60,000 nucleotides of DNA from Callorhinchus milii (lineage: Eukaryota). Shown here piece after piece: positions 40,354 through 53,468 of the stretch (the first letter of the stretch is position 1; each line of letters starts with the position of its first letter). The notes below the pieces were generated by a model. It worked only from the letters and a program-made list of their open reading frames with translations. It was not told the DNA's origin and did no database searches. Where the stretch lies: positions 38,504,001 through 38,564,000 of the forward strand of contig NW_024704742.1 of NCBI RefSeq assembly GCF_018977255.1, in the 5' to 3' direction. A program made the position numbers and the translations under genes.

Positions 40354-40669
40354 GGAGTCCTGTAGCTCAGTGGTTAAAGCACTCGCCTTGCAAGCGAGAC
40401 ACCTGGGTTCAATTCCAGGCAGGGCGAAACCTTGGGCAAATTTCCTTACTCCAACCGCCTAATAATAATCCCTCCAAAAAACAAAACAATAATAAATTGG
40501 TCATTTTCAATCCATGACTGTTTGTGGGACACTGCTGTGCGCAATTGGCTGCCGCGTTTCGCCCACAAATATACAGTCAATTCACTTTACAGTATATTCT
40601 GTGAAGCGCTTTGAGACGTCGAGAAGACGAGAAAAAGCGCTGTATCAAATGCAAGCATTATTATTATTA
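40354..40669 (+). mobile_element. Full-length tRNA-Ala(TGC)-headed SINE with L2-type tail
   Basis: A box TAGCTCAGTGG, anticodon arm CTCGC-CTTGCAA-GCGAG, B box GGTTCAATTCC, (TTA)n tail. Confidence 0.85.
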
Positions 40670-41827
40670 ATCCCATCATCCTGGCCTGGATTTGAACCTA
40701 TCTTCCAGAGGGGAAAAGATAATGTGCTTAATCCACTGTGCTGTATTATATCCCTTTTATCCTATTTTTAAACTAAGAAAACCTGAAACAAGTCTATTAA
40801 TGAGCAGGTGACCTATTTCTAGACCTCTCCCAATATGTTTCTTTATTGTGGACACAAGCCAACCATTTATAAGGAAACTTTACTTACATTATTTATTTAA
40901 TGATAAAAATAATTGCGCATAACTTGGATGTTAGACAATTATTTTCCTTTATTATAGTTCCACTGTCAATGATTATACAAAGAGCAAAAAACGCAATTAT
41001 AACAAGACCCAATAATGGGAGCAACTAGGTTATCACGGAATTAAAAATTGATTAACTACCTATCCATGGACGAGTAGTCGGCAGCCGGGAGGTTCATTGA
41101 TGCATCTCATTGACTAAACTCTCCTTTGTTATACCTGATTGGTTATTGTGAAAAGCCCCAGATCAATCACGTAGCTCATACATCCTTTGTGGTTAAAGCT
41201 CAAAAGCCCAATATTGTAGGGCAAGTTGTGTTCAGATGCCAGGTGTCCATGTGATGGTGGCAACCAAAATATTTTCTTCCAAGTGTTCTCTCCACTTCTC
41301 CTTATCAGAAGGTACAATCCTGATAAACAAAGTCAAGGCCATGTTGTTCTCCTGCGTCAATTTCTGTAGTTTGCATTTTATGGTAACTCTTTCCTTACAC
41401 ATTACACATCCTTTATCCCCTTTCATCTCCTTCAATCTAGCCCAGTATAAGTCAGGTTGGCACAACAACAACTTGGATTTATATAGCGCCCTCCACGCTG
41501 GACGGCGTCTCAAAGCGCTTCACAGTAACAGATCCCGGGGCCGAGTCAGGGGGAGGGGGAGGAAGGTGACCAAAGGCGCAGTCAAAGTCTTCAGCCGAGA
41601 TTGAATTGGTGAGAAAGTTATAGCAATTTCGCCTGTGATCAGAACTAATGTTGGGACCTGAGCTCAATACACGCAGACATCTTAATGCAGTATTAGGGGA
41701 ACACTGGAGGTGCCATTCTTTGCTTGAGAAGTTAAATACATTTGTACTGATCATACTATTTATTTTATTTTAAAAATATGCTTGTTCTGGTGAGTTGTGA
41801 ATAAATCAGAATATTTTTTTCTGGCAG

Positions 41828-42060
41828 GTACTACAAGACATCCGTTTTGATCATGTGTTTCTTAATGCCAACGTTTATCCCCTGGTACTTCTGGGGGGAG
41901 ACTCTGTGGAACTCGTACTTCCTGGCTTCTATCCTTCGATACACGTTGTCTCTGAATGTCACGTGGTTAGTGAACAGCGCTGCCCACATGTATGGAAACA
42001 GACCATATGATAGGCACATCAGTCCCAGAGAAAACAGACTGGTTACCTTTGGAGCAATCG
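41828..42060 (+). CDS. SCD5: SCD5 exon 4 (233 nt)
   Basis: Acceptor ttttttctggcag; YYKTSVLIMCFLMPTFIPWYFWGETLWNSYFLASILRY...NSAAHMYGNRPYD...; donor G|GTGAGT, phase 1. Confidence 0.97.
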
Positions 42061-42599
42061 GTGAGTGGGAATCCAGTCCCAAGTGATCAATTACCTTGGA
42101 ATGAGAATATGTGCTTCTTTTTAAGTGGATAGCAGTTAGTTAACCTGGCTCATTGGGAGCACTTATACCTCTGCTAGCAATCTCGCCTTTAAGAAAGAAG
42201 GTTAAGACCTTCAAGACACTTGTCGGGACTTGAAACTCATATCATCTAAGCTGACACTGCGGCACAGTGCTGGGGGAGTGTAGCATTGTCAAAGGTACTA
42301 TCCATCAGATGAATTATTAAACATGATAAGGTGGTAAAGGAAATGCAAGGATTATTTATTATTTATTTAAATCCCTTTACATTGTGTCAATGAGCCACAC
42401 CTCGGCTCCAATCAGCATTGACTATTTGGGTTGATTGAGCTGCTGCCATTCCATTCTAAAATTGTTAGGGTTCCCATTCCTGGCGATTACCATCAAGCAG
42501 AACGTCACGGTTGGTTACAGTAACTACCCCTTCCCCCCACACATTAGATCCACCATTAGTTTTCTATATTTACGTCCTCTATTTATGGATTCACCACCA

Positions 42600-42955
42600 C
42601 CATCAACAATAAATTACATTTGTATAATGCCTTTCACGTCGGGAGGAAGTCTCAAGGTGCTGGGCAGTCAAGGATTTAGACCTGAGCAGGGGTTTGGGAC
42701 CAGGAGGAGTGCAGGGCAGGGAGGGTATGAGGTAGTAGGGTGACTGAAGGCATGGTCAAAGAGGAGTCCTGAAATGGGCCTTGAAGGAGGCAAGAGAGCG
42801 AGCAATGCGAAGGAACCATGGGATAGAGTTCCAACAGCTGGAGGCAGAAAGGCTGAAGGCTCTACTGCTGAGCGGAGAGAGCGGACAGGTCTATATGGAG
42901 TTAGCAGGTCACAGAGGTAGGGAGGAGCAAGGTCATGGAGGGCTTTGAAGGCAAA
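42600..42955 (-). mobile_element. L2 3' fragment filling much of intron 4 up to the exon 5 acceptor region
   Basis: Reverse-complement L2 tail (AACAATAAATTACATTTGTATAATGCCTTTCACGTC) and body. Confidence 0.7.
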
Positions 42956-42979
42956 GTAACGAGCTGCTGTTTCTTACAG

Positions 42980-43170
42980 GGGAAGGATTCCACAACTATC
43001 ATCACACTTTTCCATTCGACTACTCAACAAGCGAGTTCGGCCTCCGGCTGAACCCAACGACATGCTTTATTGATTTCATGTGTTGGCTGGGCTTGGCGAG
43101 CAACCGGAAACGTGCCTCCAGACAGATGATCCAAGCGCGCAAACTGAGGACTGGCGACAAGAGTGCTTGA
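42980..43170 (+). CDS. SCD5: SCD5 exon 5 coding part (191 nt), His box 3 and stop
   Basis: Acceptor tttcttacag; (G)EGFHNYHHTFPFDYSTSEFGLRLNPTTCFIDFMCWLGLASNRKRASRQMIQARKLRTGDKSA*. The five exons sum to 978 nt in frame. The 5-exon layout and short N-terminus favour SCD5 over SCD1. Confidence 0.96.
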
Positions 43171-44694
43171 GCGAACAAGACAGCCTCGAGTTCTGCACGA
43201 AGATTTCACGTTTAAATTTGCTGTTATTTTTAACATGGAAATATAGTCATGCATTTCAAGCTTGTGAGAACAACGATGCATCTAGCTTATTGCAGTTGTT
43301 TTGCTTAACTCTTTCCAGTCCATGCAGGTCAAAGATATCCTTGAGCGCGTTGACTATATTTTACGAACTGCAAAAGGCCTACCTAGTCTGGAAGTGGTGG
43401 TCTGGTGTAAGTGACAGCAAATATCCCATACTCTTCTGCATTGTCCGAAAGGACACTGTGTATCAATCAAGTTTGTATTGACCTCAGGACTTTAGATTTA
43501 GTTAAGTAGTCAATATAATGGATTAATAAGACAGGCTAGGGAAATAGTTATCACTCGAATGCTGAAACTGTAGTCTTGTAACAGCAACAAAAATATACAG
43601 TATCATGGGCTTGAAAGGGTTAACCCACGTGAATTCTGAATGTCGATACCAGTGTTGTTGATATGTTGTACATTTCCGCAATTTATTCAAACCCATGTCA
43701 ACTTTGTTATAGGAAGTAGTTTTGGCAGCAATTTGAAAGTGAAAGGTCTTCAAACGTTGATGTCTGTTGATTGTGTAATTGGTTACTACAAGTCTTTGTC
43801 TCATTTGGAACAAAAAAAATGTTTATTCGTGTGCAGTGAGGGAGCAGAGGATGGCTGTGCTTCTCAGTCACCTCCAATGTGACCAAGGAGAACTGAGGGA
43901 ATCAAAAAGGAATCTTCTTTATAAGGTTCATCCGATGTGGCACATATTGTGTTTAGGGAAGATAGCTGTTAAGTTTTTTTTTTCAGACCAAATCGCGTTT
44001 ATATTAGAATGGTTTCATTTCCTGTTTTTATTCGAGAATATAATTTTGATGAGGGGGGTGGGGTTAGGTTTTCAAAAAGGAGAAAGTGAGCCTCATGTAC
44101 ATAGGCAGACACAAATTAGGTTCAGTGGAGCAGCCTTTCATTGTCCCTTCCTGTCTGGGAAGTTCTGAACAATACAAACAAACTAAACAAACTAGAAGGC
44201 ATGTGAAGTCACCACTTAGGCTGGGGAAGTGGGGAAAGCAAAGTCATAATTTTCTCTTCTTCTGAAGGTGTTGGCTCATGTTGCAGGGCAGTGATCTGTA
44301 TGGATTAAGAATTGCTAGACGAAAAAAGACCAAGGTCCTGGTAGTCGGATGCGACAATAATGGAGATGTTGATAGCAAATAATTCTGTATGGATTAATCT
44401 ACCAACATCTGGAATAGATGATTGTTTTCCACATTGTAGGGCAGAGGTAGTGAAGCCAGTTCTAAAAATCCCTACCAACAAACGATTTCATATTATCTTC
44501 ATGATATATTCCTGCATTTTCATGAAAAGATCCAAAACAATACATTGTGGCAAAGATGTGATATTGTAAACAGAATGCGGCTACAATTTGACATCATAAT
44601 GATAAACCTGTGCTCTGGTCAGGCTGCATGTAACGTCCACATATTTGGTAACTGACATAAGGATGTTTTCCCTCACAAGAAACAGTGCAGAAAA

Positions 44695-45010
44695 CAACAA
44701 AATTATCCCCAGTGTTAGAGGGATGAGCTATGAAAGTGACTGGATCAGATAGGGCTCTTCAGTCTTGAACAATGTCTCAGAAAAAAATCTCGTGGAACTA
44801 TGGAAGATGCTATCTAGGAAAGAAACCAAGAATACCACTTTCAGCTTTGTCAAGGTTGAAGGACAAAAGGTCTTAGGTTCAGAGTTGTAAAGGGCAATTT
44901 TAAAACAGACATCACCAAGTACAGTAGTTCTTTACACAGAGGTTATTAACAACTGGAATGGATTATAAGGAAGGGAGTCTGAGACTAGGATACTGGTATG
45001 TTTGGATTGT
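44695..45010 (+). mobile_element. Old CR1 3' fragment within the putative 3' UTR
   Basis: IIPSVRGMSYE..GLFSLE..FTQRVINNWN-like motifs. Confidence 0.6.
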
Positions 45011-46289
45011 CATGAGGTGTTAGCCTGGTGTATTTTAATATTCTGAAATGAAAATGCTTAAGTCATAACATGTGATTGGGAGGTTTTTAGTATAAGTTTG
45101 TTTTGAGCATTGACTCTGAAACAAAAGCGCACAAGTTTCACACCCAGAGTTGCCCATCATCAAACTTATTTGCCTCAGTTGTCTCAATTTTGCCAGCCCA
45201 TGGTTACGTCACTATGTGAGGGGTTTGCAGAACAGGACGTTGCATTTTGGAGAGGTGGGGGAAGACAAAAGAAAAAAAAAACTGAAAATGATCTTACTTT
45301 GCTGAAATCATGCTTTCTTCTTGCTGGTAGCACCAAAGAAACTCACAATGCCTTCTCCCATTTAGAGGAGATTTACAGGGGCTTGAGTGATGACTGTCCA
45401 GCTATGTTGTAAGTCTGCAATTGAATTGTAGATTCACTCTGAATAAGATCAAATAAGACCTGTCTTTGTTGCTGGATAATTCTAGTTTTATTTCTCTGAT
45501 TAGCAGTACTCGTCCTATTCTGGTCAGATGCAGGACCAGAAGAAACCACTGCACTGCAATTGGCTGGGCTCCATAACACACATTCCCCAATCCCTTCACC
45601 GTCAAAAATATATCCAATTCCTACTTGAAACTGCTGACAGTATTCGCCTCCACCATCATCTTGAGCAAGCTGTCCACGTGTTAATCAGCCTCTGTGTAAA
45701 GTAGTTAATTCTGAATTATCTATTCAACCACTAAATTTGAGATCCCAACCACTGGTTGTTCTGCTATTAAATAGTAATCTTCTCATTATGTATCTATAAT
45801 GGGAAATAACAATATAAACATAACAAAAGTAATAGGCCCCCGTAGCATTAAGCACGACAAGTTGAGGAACTCAGTGTCTCATGAAGTATATCCAAGGTAA
45901 CTGAACGTACAGGCCAGGAAGAGCCTTGGTACAATCACCGTTGTTCAGTAAGTTGATCTCAACTGGAAAATCACAGTTGGCCTCAGCGTCTCAGTTTAGA
46001 GAAGGGAAAATCAGACAGATTACTGCTCCAGATCCCACACACCCCACCCCCCTTACTGGAAGTGCTTGTGTTAAGGTGTTGGGTGAGAACAGGTTTGAGT
46101 TTGGCACTGTGACACACTCACTAGGCCTCTGATAGGCTCGCACATCAATGTACAAGGTACCACAGGGCAATTGAGGACCTTGGAAATGCACCTGAGTAGA
46201 AGCAAACAGGGACAATGCCTGCAGTGGGGGAGGGAAGAACATAGGTGGAAAAAAGCACTACAAGCTGGAGGTAGCGTACTTGGTGATAA

Positions 46290-46475
46290 GTCATACAGCA
46301 CAGAAGGAGGCCATTTGGCCCACCGTGTCTGTGCTGGCTCTTTGAAAAGAGCTATCCAATTCAATCCCATTGCCCCGCTCTCTCCCCATAGCCCTGCAAA
46401 CTTGTCCTCCCCAAATAATTATCTACTTCTCTCTTAAAAGTTGTTATCAAATCAGCTTCCACCACCCTTTCAGGC
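46290..46475 (-). mobile_element. CR1-type 3' end fragment
   Basis: Homologous to 18890-19080. Confidence 0.65.
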
Positions 46476-48040
46476 AATGAAAGTGACAGCCTGAGTTTCA
46501 GCAGATCATTAGATCATCTCAGGATAGAAGGTGGTGTGTATGCTGGCAGGTGATGTCTGAGGGAAGAAATATGAGAATTTTTTTATTAAATGCAAGTTTT
46601 CTTTCACATATGTTTTTACAAATTTGACATTTTGTTAACATACAACACTGAATACAGTATTATTCAGCAGAAATTGAGAAATGCAAACATCACGCAACAT
46701 TCTCTATGAGTTTACTTAAATGGACTCTAAAGCAATTTCATGTCTTAATTTTTTTCTAGTTATTTGAAAAGAAACTTGTGCATTCTTAAGAATATTAGTG
46801 AGGAATTTACACGTATATTTGAATAAGTGCCCACACATTGTCATTCCATGAACTCCATTCAACCTCCAATCTGCGGGAGGCTGGGTAGGTGATAAAAGAA
46901 GCATTATGTTTCCTATGGTTCTTTGAATAAGCAAACTATCTGTTTTAGATTTAAAACAAGTGGTATGATAGATTCCAGCACTTATTTGTCAGGGGTGATA
47001 TGGGCAAAGCATGCGAATTGTAGAAAATGCTTAAAGATTTAGTGTTAATTTGGGAGTTGTTTTTCTGCATTTCTTAAAAAGACCTAAGGACAACCAGCCT
47101 CCAAATTAGGACTAAATTTAAGCAGTTTTCAAAATTTGCACAATCTGAAATTTTAGGACAGTGGCCCAAAAGTCTAAGACTGTGAGAGAGTTGAAGGGTC
47201 TCTAGATGCATTAGTATTGTCAGTGAATTCCCCATTAAGCACCATTTGCCACTGAAATGCTTACTGATAAGGAACAAATTATATTAAAGCTGTTTCCCAA
47301 ACAGGGGATGGAGCAACCCAAAGCGTGCAATTGAAATGCAAACCCTGTGAACAGATATATGTTTTTTGAGTTAAAAAGCAAATCAGCTCTCATTGGCATT
47401 AAGTTGGATTCTTTTCATTAGGGCAAGTTAATGCTTCCTACCTCAGTAGTTAAGTATTATAGATTCCGATTCCCAAGTGAAAAAAACCCTGCAAGTCTGC
47501 CATGTGCCAGAGATGCGTTAAAGATTTTAGAAAATTGTAAATCCGAACCAGCGTGCATAGTTTGATTTTTCGCGGCCTGAATCCTAAACTTTGCACAATT
47601 TGTGTTGTGCATGCTATGTTGATGCTCCAGTATCTACAACAGGAGAAGTGCCACTGCCTGTTTCACCAAGCTGAACCCTGTGGTGACATTTAAATGAGGG
47701 AGGGTGAAAGAGAAGGGGGAATCCAGGCACCTGTTAAAGTGAGTACTGACCTTACCTGACTTCACACAATATCACACCCTGTTTTTTCATGGTCGTTCAT
47801 CACTATAACCCTGCATCAGGCTCACAAGGCTCGTGAAAGGCACTGGTGCTTCTTTAAGGCAATCTATTTTTTTAAAGAGATTTGGCCCATGTAAAATAAA
47901 ATTGCTATGTACCAGGGAGGGTGGCGGTAAAATAAAATCTATCTATCCTGTTGACCCATTTATTGAAGCAAATGTTGTTTGCGTATTACAGAGTCGAATG
48001 CTCTCTCATTAACTTAAATGTGGACTTTGAAACAGTTTAA

Positions 48041-48100
48041 AATAAATGCTGCTAAGTTTGCCTTGTCTCTTGTTGTCTCTGTTACTGTGATTGTGTTGGT
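48041..48100 (+). terminator. Candidate SCD5 polyadenylation signal (AATAAA, 48041-48046) with GU-rich downstream element
   Basis: AATAAA followed ~18 nt later by TTGTCTCTTGTTGTCTCTGTTACTGTGATTGTGTTGGT; other AATAAA hexamers nearby (~47895, 47931). Confidence 0.5.
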
Positions 48101-50264
48101 CTACCTTCTGACTATTGTAATAAAGAGGGGGCTGCTGTGCTCTGCTACTTACACAACGAGGAATGATGTCTCATATAGTGCCCAAGTGCAAATAAATTAT
48201 ATTCTATATAATATCAGATTTTTAAAAAATAATCTATTCTCTTTACACAGCTAGTTGCAATACATTTATTGAACTGTTCGCCTACAAAAAGAACAAAGAG
48301 GGAGCTTCTTACATAATAACAACAAATTGCATTCGTATAGCACCTTTCACATCAGAAGGATGACCTAAACCAGTTGAGGGTTTGCACCTGAACTGGGGAT
48401 TGGATTTCAGAGGGGTGGGAGTAAAGGGGGTGGTGGGAAGGGGGTAAGATGACCAGAGGCACTTTCAAAGAGGAAGGTCTTGAGATGGACTTTGAATGAG
48501 ATGAGACCTTGAAGTCCTGCAGGAAGTGTCAAGCAGGGAATTAGCATAATCAAGCCTGGACACGATAAAAGCATGGATAAGGCTAAATGTTGAGGAGCAA
48601 TATTGAGGAAGTGGGGGAAAGCTGAATGGGTTAAGGAGTCAGGAATGACATATATAGTGCCCCAGGGGATGTAAATTATGTTCTATATAAAATCTGATTT
48701 TTTAAAAAACATTTATTCTCACTGCATTTTACAGTATATTCTGTAAAGCAGTATATCCTTTGGGATGTCCACCCAACATGAAAGGCGCTATACCAAATGT
48801 AATGATTATTATATATCTGGTGTATTAAATTGCATTATTTGTTTGATATAGTGCTTGAATGATACGGTGCTGGGAATGGAACACTTTTGTGTGCCCATTG
48901 TTAGCCATCTAAAATAGACTATATCAATGTAAGTTGTTGTTATATCTAGTGCTCTCAGGTTTGATGTGAAATAGAGGTAGATTGATACCCAATTCACTCA
49001 GCTCCATTCACTTCTCTGGGTATCTATGTTTAGCATTAAGAACCCATGTTTATGGAATTTCCCATTGCTCATACAGCAAATACTGGGGATCAGACTTGTT
49101 CCTCTCCTCGAAGGCTTTAGGACTTAGGTATCCTGCCCCATCCTCACCCCCGGATCACAGCAACCAGACTTGTATGTCACTTTCCAATTGAGTGTCCACT
49201 GGAGTAATAGCTCTTCCTAACATATTCCTTAAAGAATTTATCTGGTCTATAACATGGTGCCTATTCATTATATAACTGAAATAGTTATATGCATCTTACT
49301 TGCTGTTGTCTGCAATTTGCTATTCTATTTTCCTTTTACTTCCTCAAATATTCCATTTAATCACAATGAAGTGCCTTTTATAGAGGACGCCCAGGCCTCA
49401 CTATTTTTATTTCCTTTCAAACAATTCAGTCTATGTCCATCAGCTCCTCACTGGATGAATTTGCTGAGCTATAAATGTGATAATATGATATGTGACATTA
49501 GGTTTTAATGTGAGTAAAAGCACGGGCAGGCTTTAGGTGATCCTATTATCTCATAAAAAGGTTACATACACGTCATTCTAAAACTGACCCTCAGCACTAA
49601 GATATGCTTCAATAGATGTTCGAGGAGCAGAAGCAGCATAAACCATTAATAAAGCATCTGTCCAACTCAATCTGCGCGTCTAAAAATATTACAACAACCA
49701 CGTGATATTGCCAAATGATGCTTCTCGCTTATAATGACTCATGTTTGTCATGGCAACTTATTACCAGGAGTTGAATTAAATCAGCAGCCATCCAAGAGCC
49801 TAATGTTGTCATTATAGAGGAGTTACGGGGCAAGTTGGTAAAATAGACTAATCACCTTCAAATGGCCAATTTCTTTATTTTCAAATCAAATTGTTTTCCA
49901 CATGATGTAAAAGATCAGTCTATCAGCAAGGCAAAAAACATCAAAAGGATTGAGGTGAACCATATGAACCTGTTTTTCTTTCTTCTTTTCCAATATAGGA
50001 TTACAGCCAGGTGGCCCTTTTCATTACTTTATGGCCAAGGAAGGCTTGGTAATAAAGTCATAAGACACAGGTCTGAAATTACACTGATACATGGGGTGAC
50101 ACTTATATGCAATGACATCATGGAGAACAAAACTGGGTGAGATTAAGCAAGTGCAGTGTATTACATACCGTCCTCATACCAGTGGGTCCTGGATTTGAAG
50201 ATTACTCAGATTCATATAGATTCCCCTCTCTTGCTCTCTTTCTGTGATGAGTGACAAATATAAA

Positions 50265-50700
50265 GACAGAAGGTTGTGGGTTCAAATCCCACATCAGATT
50301 TGGAATTCATATAGTCTAGTTGGTCTGATACTCCAAATGTATTGCTGGGGATGTTCTGAATTGTCAGAGATGCCATCCTTCAGATGAGACATTAAACCAA
50401 GGTCCCATCTGCTTGTTCAGGTGGACATTAAAGTTTACACGGCGCTAGTCAAAAAAGACAATTCTCCAGATATCCTGGCCAACAATTCCCCCAAATAAAA
50501 TTGGTCACTTCTCAGCTGTTTGTGGGACATTGCTGTGTGTAAATTGACTGCTGTGTTCACCCATAAAATATAGTCATTCAACTTTACTGTGTATCCTGTT
50601 AAACACTTTAAGCCATCCTCTTGATATAAAAGGATGTCTCAAAGTGTTTAAATGAAAATATTATTAAATATATATTTATATATTAAATACAAGGATTATT
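50265..50700 (+). mobile_element. Deu-core SINE copy with an inverted duplication in its tail
   Basis: Head remnant AGAAGGTTGTGGGTTCAAATCCC, core, and tail. Confidence 0.7.
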
Positions 50701-51823
50701 ATGCACTTCTAGTTACCAACACTATTCTTAATTCAGCATTAAATTGTTATTATTGCTCAGAGAGGCCCCAGGGTGGTAAAGTAAACCAGGCAAAATGGCA
50801 TATTCATGCTGTACATGCTGCCTGAAGTAAATTATGCTATTCTGAGAAGCGGACAGCATTATAGAGAGCTTTCCTCTGCATCCAATGATCAAGAACTGGA
50901 CCTTCAAGTGCTTGATGCTGATATTACATGTCTGAAATGGGAAAACATGCGAGCATTAACATCCTTAAATGAACATAACATTTTCCAGAAAAAATGTTAA
51001 ACAAAAGAATGGCAACCCTGCATCATGTACTTTGAATGAGAAGTAGTGAGTCATTGCACAAGGTTTTGTCTCTGTATACAATTGGAATCCTGGATGCAGA
51101 AACTGTCAATGTATATGGTTGATTTGTTTACAAGTCTGATGCACAGGAGCCTGAATACTCACATACCATGACCTAAATTCTATAACTAGGTTTCCTTGTG
51201 TATTTCCCTCCTTCATGCTGGCTGGGTCCAAATCCTGAAACTCCCTTTTGAACATTGTGGGAGCAACAATCACCACAAGGACTGCGGTGGTTTAAAGAGT
51301 AGGACCCATTACCACCTTCTTAGGGTAACCAGAAATGGTAATAATAACCAGGCTAATAATAAATGCGAGCCTTGCCAATGTTACCCACATCCCAAGAAAA
51401 AGTAAAAACAGCATGTCCTTAGCATCTTCAAAAAACATTAGCAGTTTGATTCAGCTTGATCTCTGACTTCATAAAGACTGTTTTTTAATTGATTATCTTT
51501 TATGCTTTCCTCCTGACATGAAAGGCACTAACCCAAATGCAAGGATTATAATTTATTACATTTACTAGCGCTCCAAGACACTACTCCGTGTGAAGGGCGC
51601 TATATAAGTGCAAATTGTTGTTACCATTCTATACTTTTCAGATTTGATTATCATGTCTAAATACCCATTTAACCAATCCTCAGGAATAGGAACCTATTCT
51701 AAATTAAGTGAATTCAGAAATTTTTCAGTTAAACGTCATTCAGGTGTTTCATTTCCTTTAAGAATCAATGGTGCACCTCTTTCAGACCAGGCACTCTATC
51801 CTTTGAATGACATGTTATATATA

Positions 51824-52126
51824 AATAATCCTTTCATTTGATATAGCAACTTTTTCACATCTTCTAGACGTCTCAAAGTGCTTCACAGAATGTACTGTAA
51901 AGTTAATTGACTGTATATTTGTAGGCGAAACACAGCAGCCAATTGCGCACAGCAGTGTCCCACAAACACTTGTAGATTGAACTGACCAATTTTTATTTTT
52001 ATTTTTCTTGAGGGATTATTATCAAGCATGTGGAGTAAGGAAACTTACCCAAGGTTTCGCCCTGTCGGGAATTGAACCTAGGTCTCTCGCTTGCAAGGCA
52101 AGTGCTCTAACCACTGAGTTACAGGA
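51824..52126 (-). mobile_element. tRNA-Ala-headed SINE copy
   Basis: Homologous to 40354-40669. Confidence 0.8.
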
Positions 52127-52689
52127 TGGTCCTTCAGTACATGGCTGATTTGGGGCTCTTGCTGCATGTATATTGGCTGCCACATCTGCCTTCAAATTCA
52201 TGATCCCTACAATGGATGTGTAGACAATTTCACGTGAAGCACTTTGATATGTTTTGATGTTTTAGGTTATATTATGTTTATGTTATATTAAATGCAGGGA
52301 TTATTGTTATCAACAATCAAACTGTCTTTGAACGAGATGGCTAAGAAAGCAAAAGAAAGCAAAACTCTGAATTTCTCCCCAAATAATCATCATTCTAGGA
52401 TGTTAATCCAATTATACAGCCCACGCTATTCCACAAGTGACTCATCTGCCATCTCCCCAGCATAGGAGTCATCATGGGTGTTCAGCAGGGCGTTCAACCA
52501 TATTAATGTCTATCCTTATCTTTATAACGTTCAATTTCTTTCAACTAGATATTCATCCTTTTTTTAAAGGACTTCATTTGCACAACATAATTAAATGCTG
52601 TTTGCAGAGCAAAAAAAAATCTAATCTCTTGTCTCACTTCAAGCTTGTTATTTGTGTATTTGCGCTTTAACTCCCTGTCTTCTACTTCT

Positions 52690-53468
52690 GCTCTGTACCC
52701 AGTTTACTCAACCTATCCTCATAGGTCAACCTCCTCATCCCAGGAACTAACCTAGTGAATCTATGCTGTAAGGTGAGTATGTCCTTTCTTAAATAAGGAG
52801 ATCAAAACTGCACGCAATACTCCAGGTGCGGTCTCACCAGGGCCCGATACAGTTGCAGCAAGACTCCCCTACTCTAGTATTCTAACCCTTTTGCAATAAA
52901 CGCCAACATGCTATTAGCTTTCCTAGTTGCTTGCTGTACCTGCAAAGTAACTTTTTGTGACTGGTGTACAAAGACACTCAAATCCCTCTGAACACTAACC
53001 CTATCTAGTCTCTCCCCTTCTAGAAAATAATCTGCTTTTCTGTTTTTACTATCTAGGTGAATAACTTCCCCACATTATATTTTATCTGCCACCTTCTTGC
53101 CCACTCACCTAACCTATCTATATCCCGTTGCAATCTTTTTGTGTCATCCTCAGAGCTTACTCTCCCATCTAGCTTAGTATCATCCACGAATTTAGATATT
53201 TTAAGTTCTATGTCCTCGTCTAGATCATTGATATAGATTGTAAATATTTGAGGCCCAGGCACTGATCCTTGTGGAACTCACTAGTCACATCTTGCCAATC
53301 TGAGAAGGATCCATTTATCCCTACTCTCTGTTTTCTTCCCATTAGCCACTCTTCGATCCATGCTAATATATTGCCTTTAATTCCATGTGCCCTAATCTTA
53401 TGTAGCGCCTTTTATGTGGCACCTTGTCGAATGCCTTATGAAAATCAAAATATACTACATCTACTGGT
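52690..53468 (-). mobile_element. CR1-type LINE RT fragment
   Basis: GPQIFTIYINDLDE..SKFVDDTKL..LQRDIDRLGEWARRWQ on the minus strand. Confidence 0.9.

Noticed and set aside
40354..40425. tRNA-Ala(TGC) gene
   Set aside because: The acceptor stem does not close, and the sequence continues into a SINE body and tail repeated at several loci.
6829..43170. Calling the desaturase SCD1
   Set aside because: The 5 coding exons, short N-terminus, RTGDxSA C-terminus and TMEM150C-like neighbour fit SCD5; SCD1 has 6 coding exons.
43080..44168. ORFs of 130+ aa overlapping or following the SCD5 stop
   Set aside because: They are out-of-frame or UTR ORFs with no recognisable domain or splice support.
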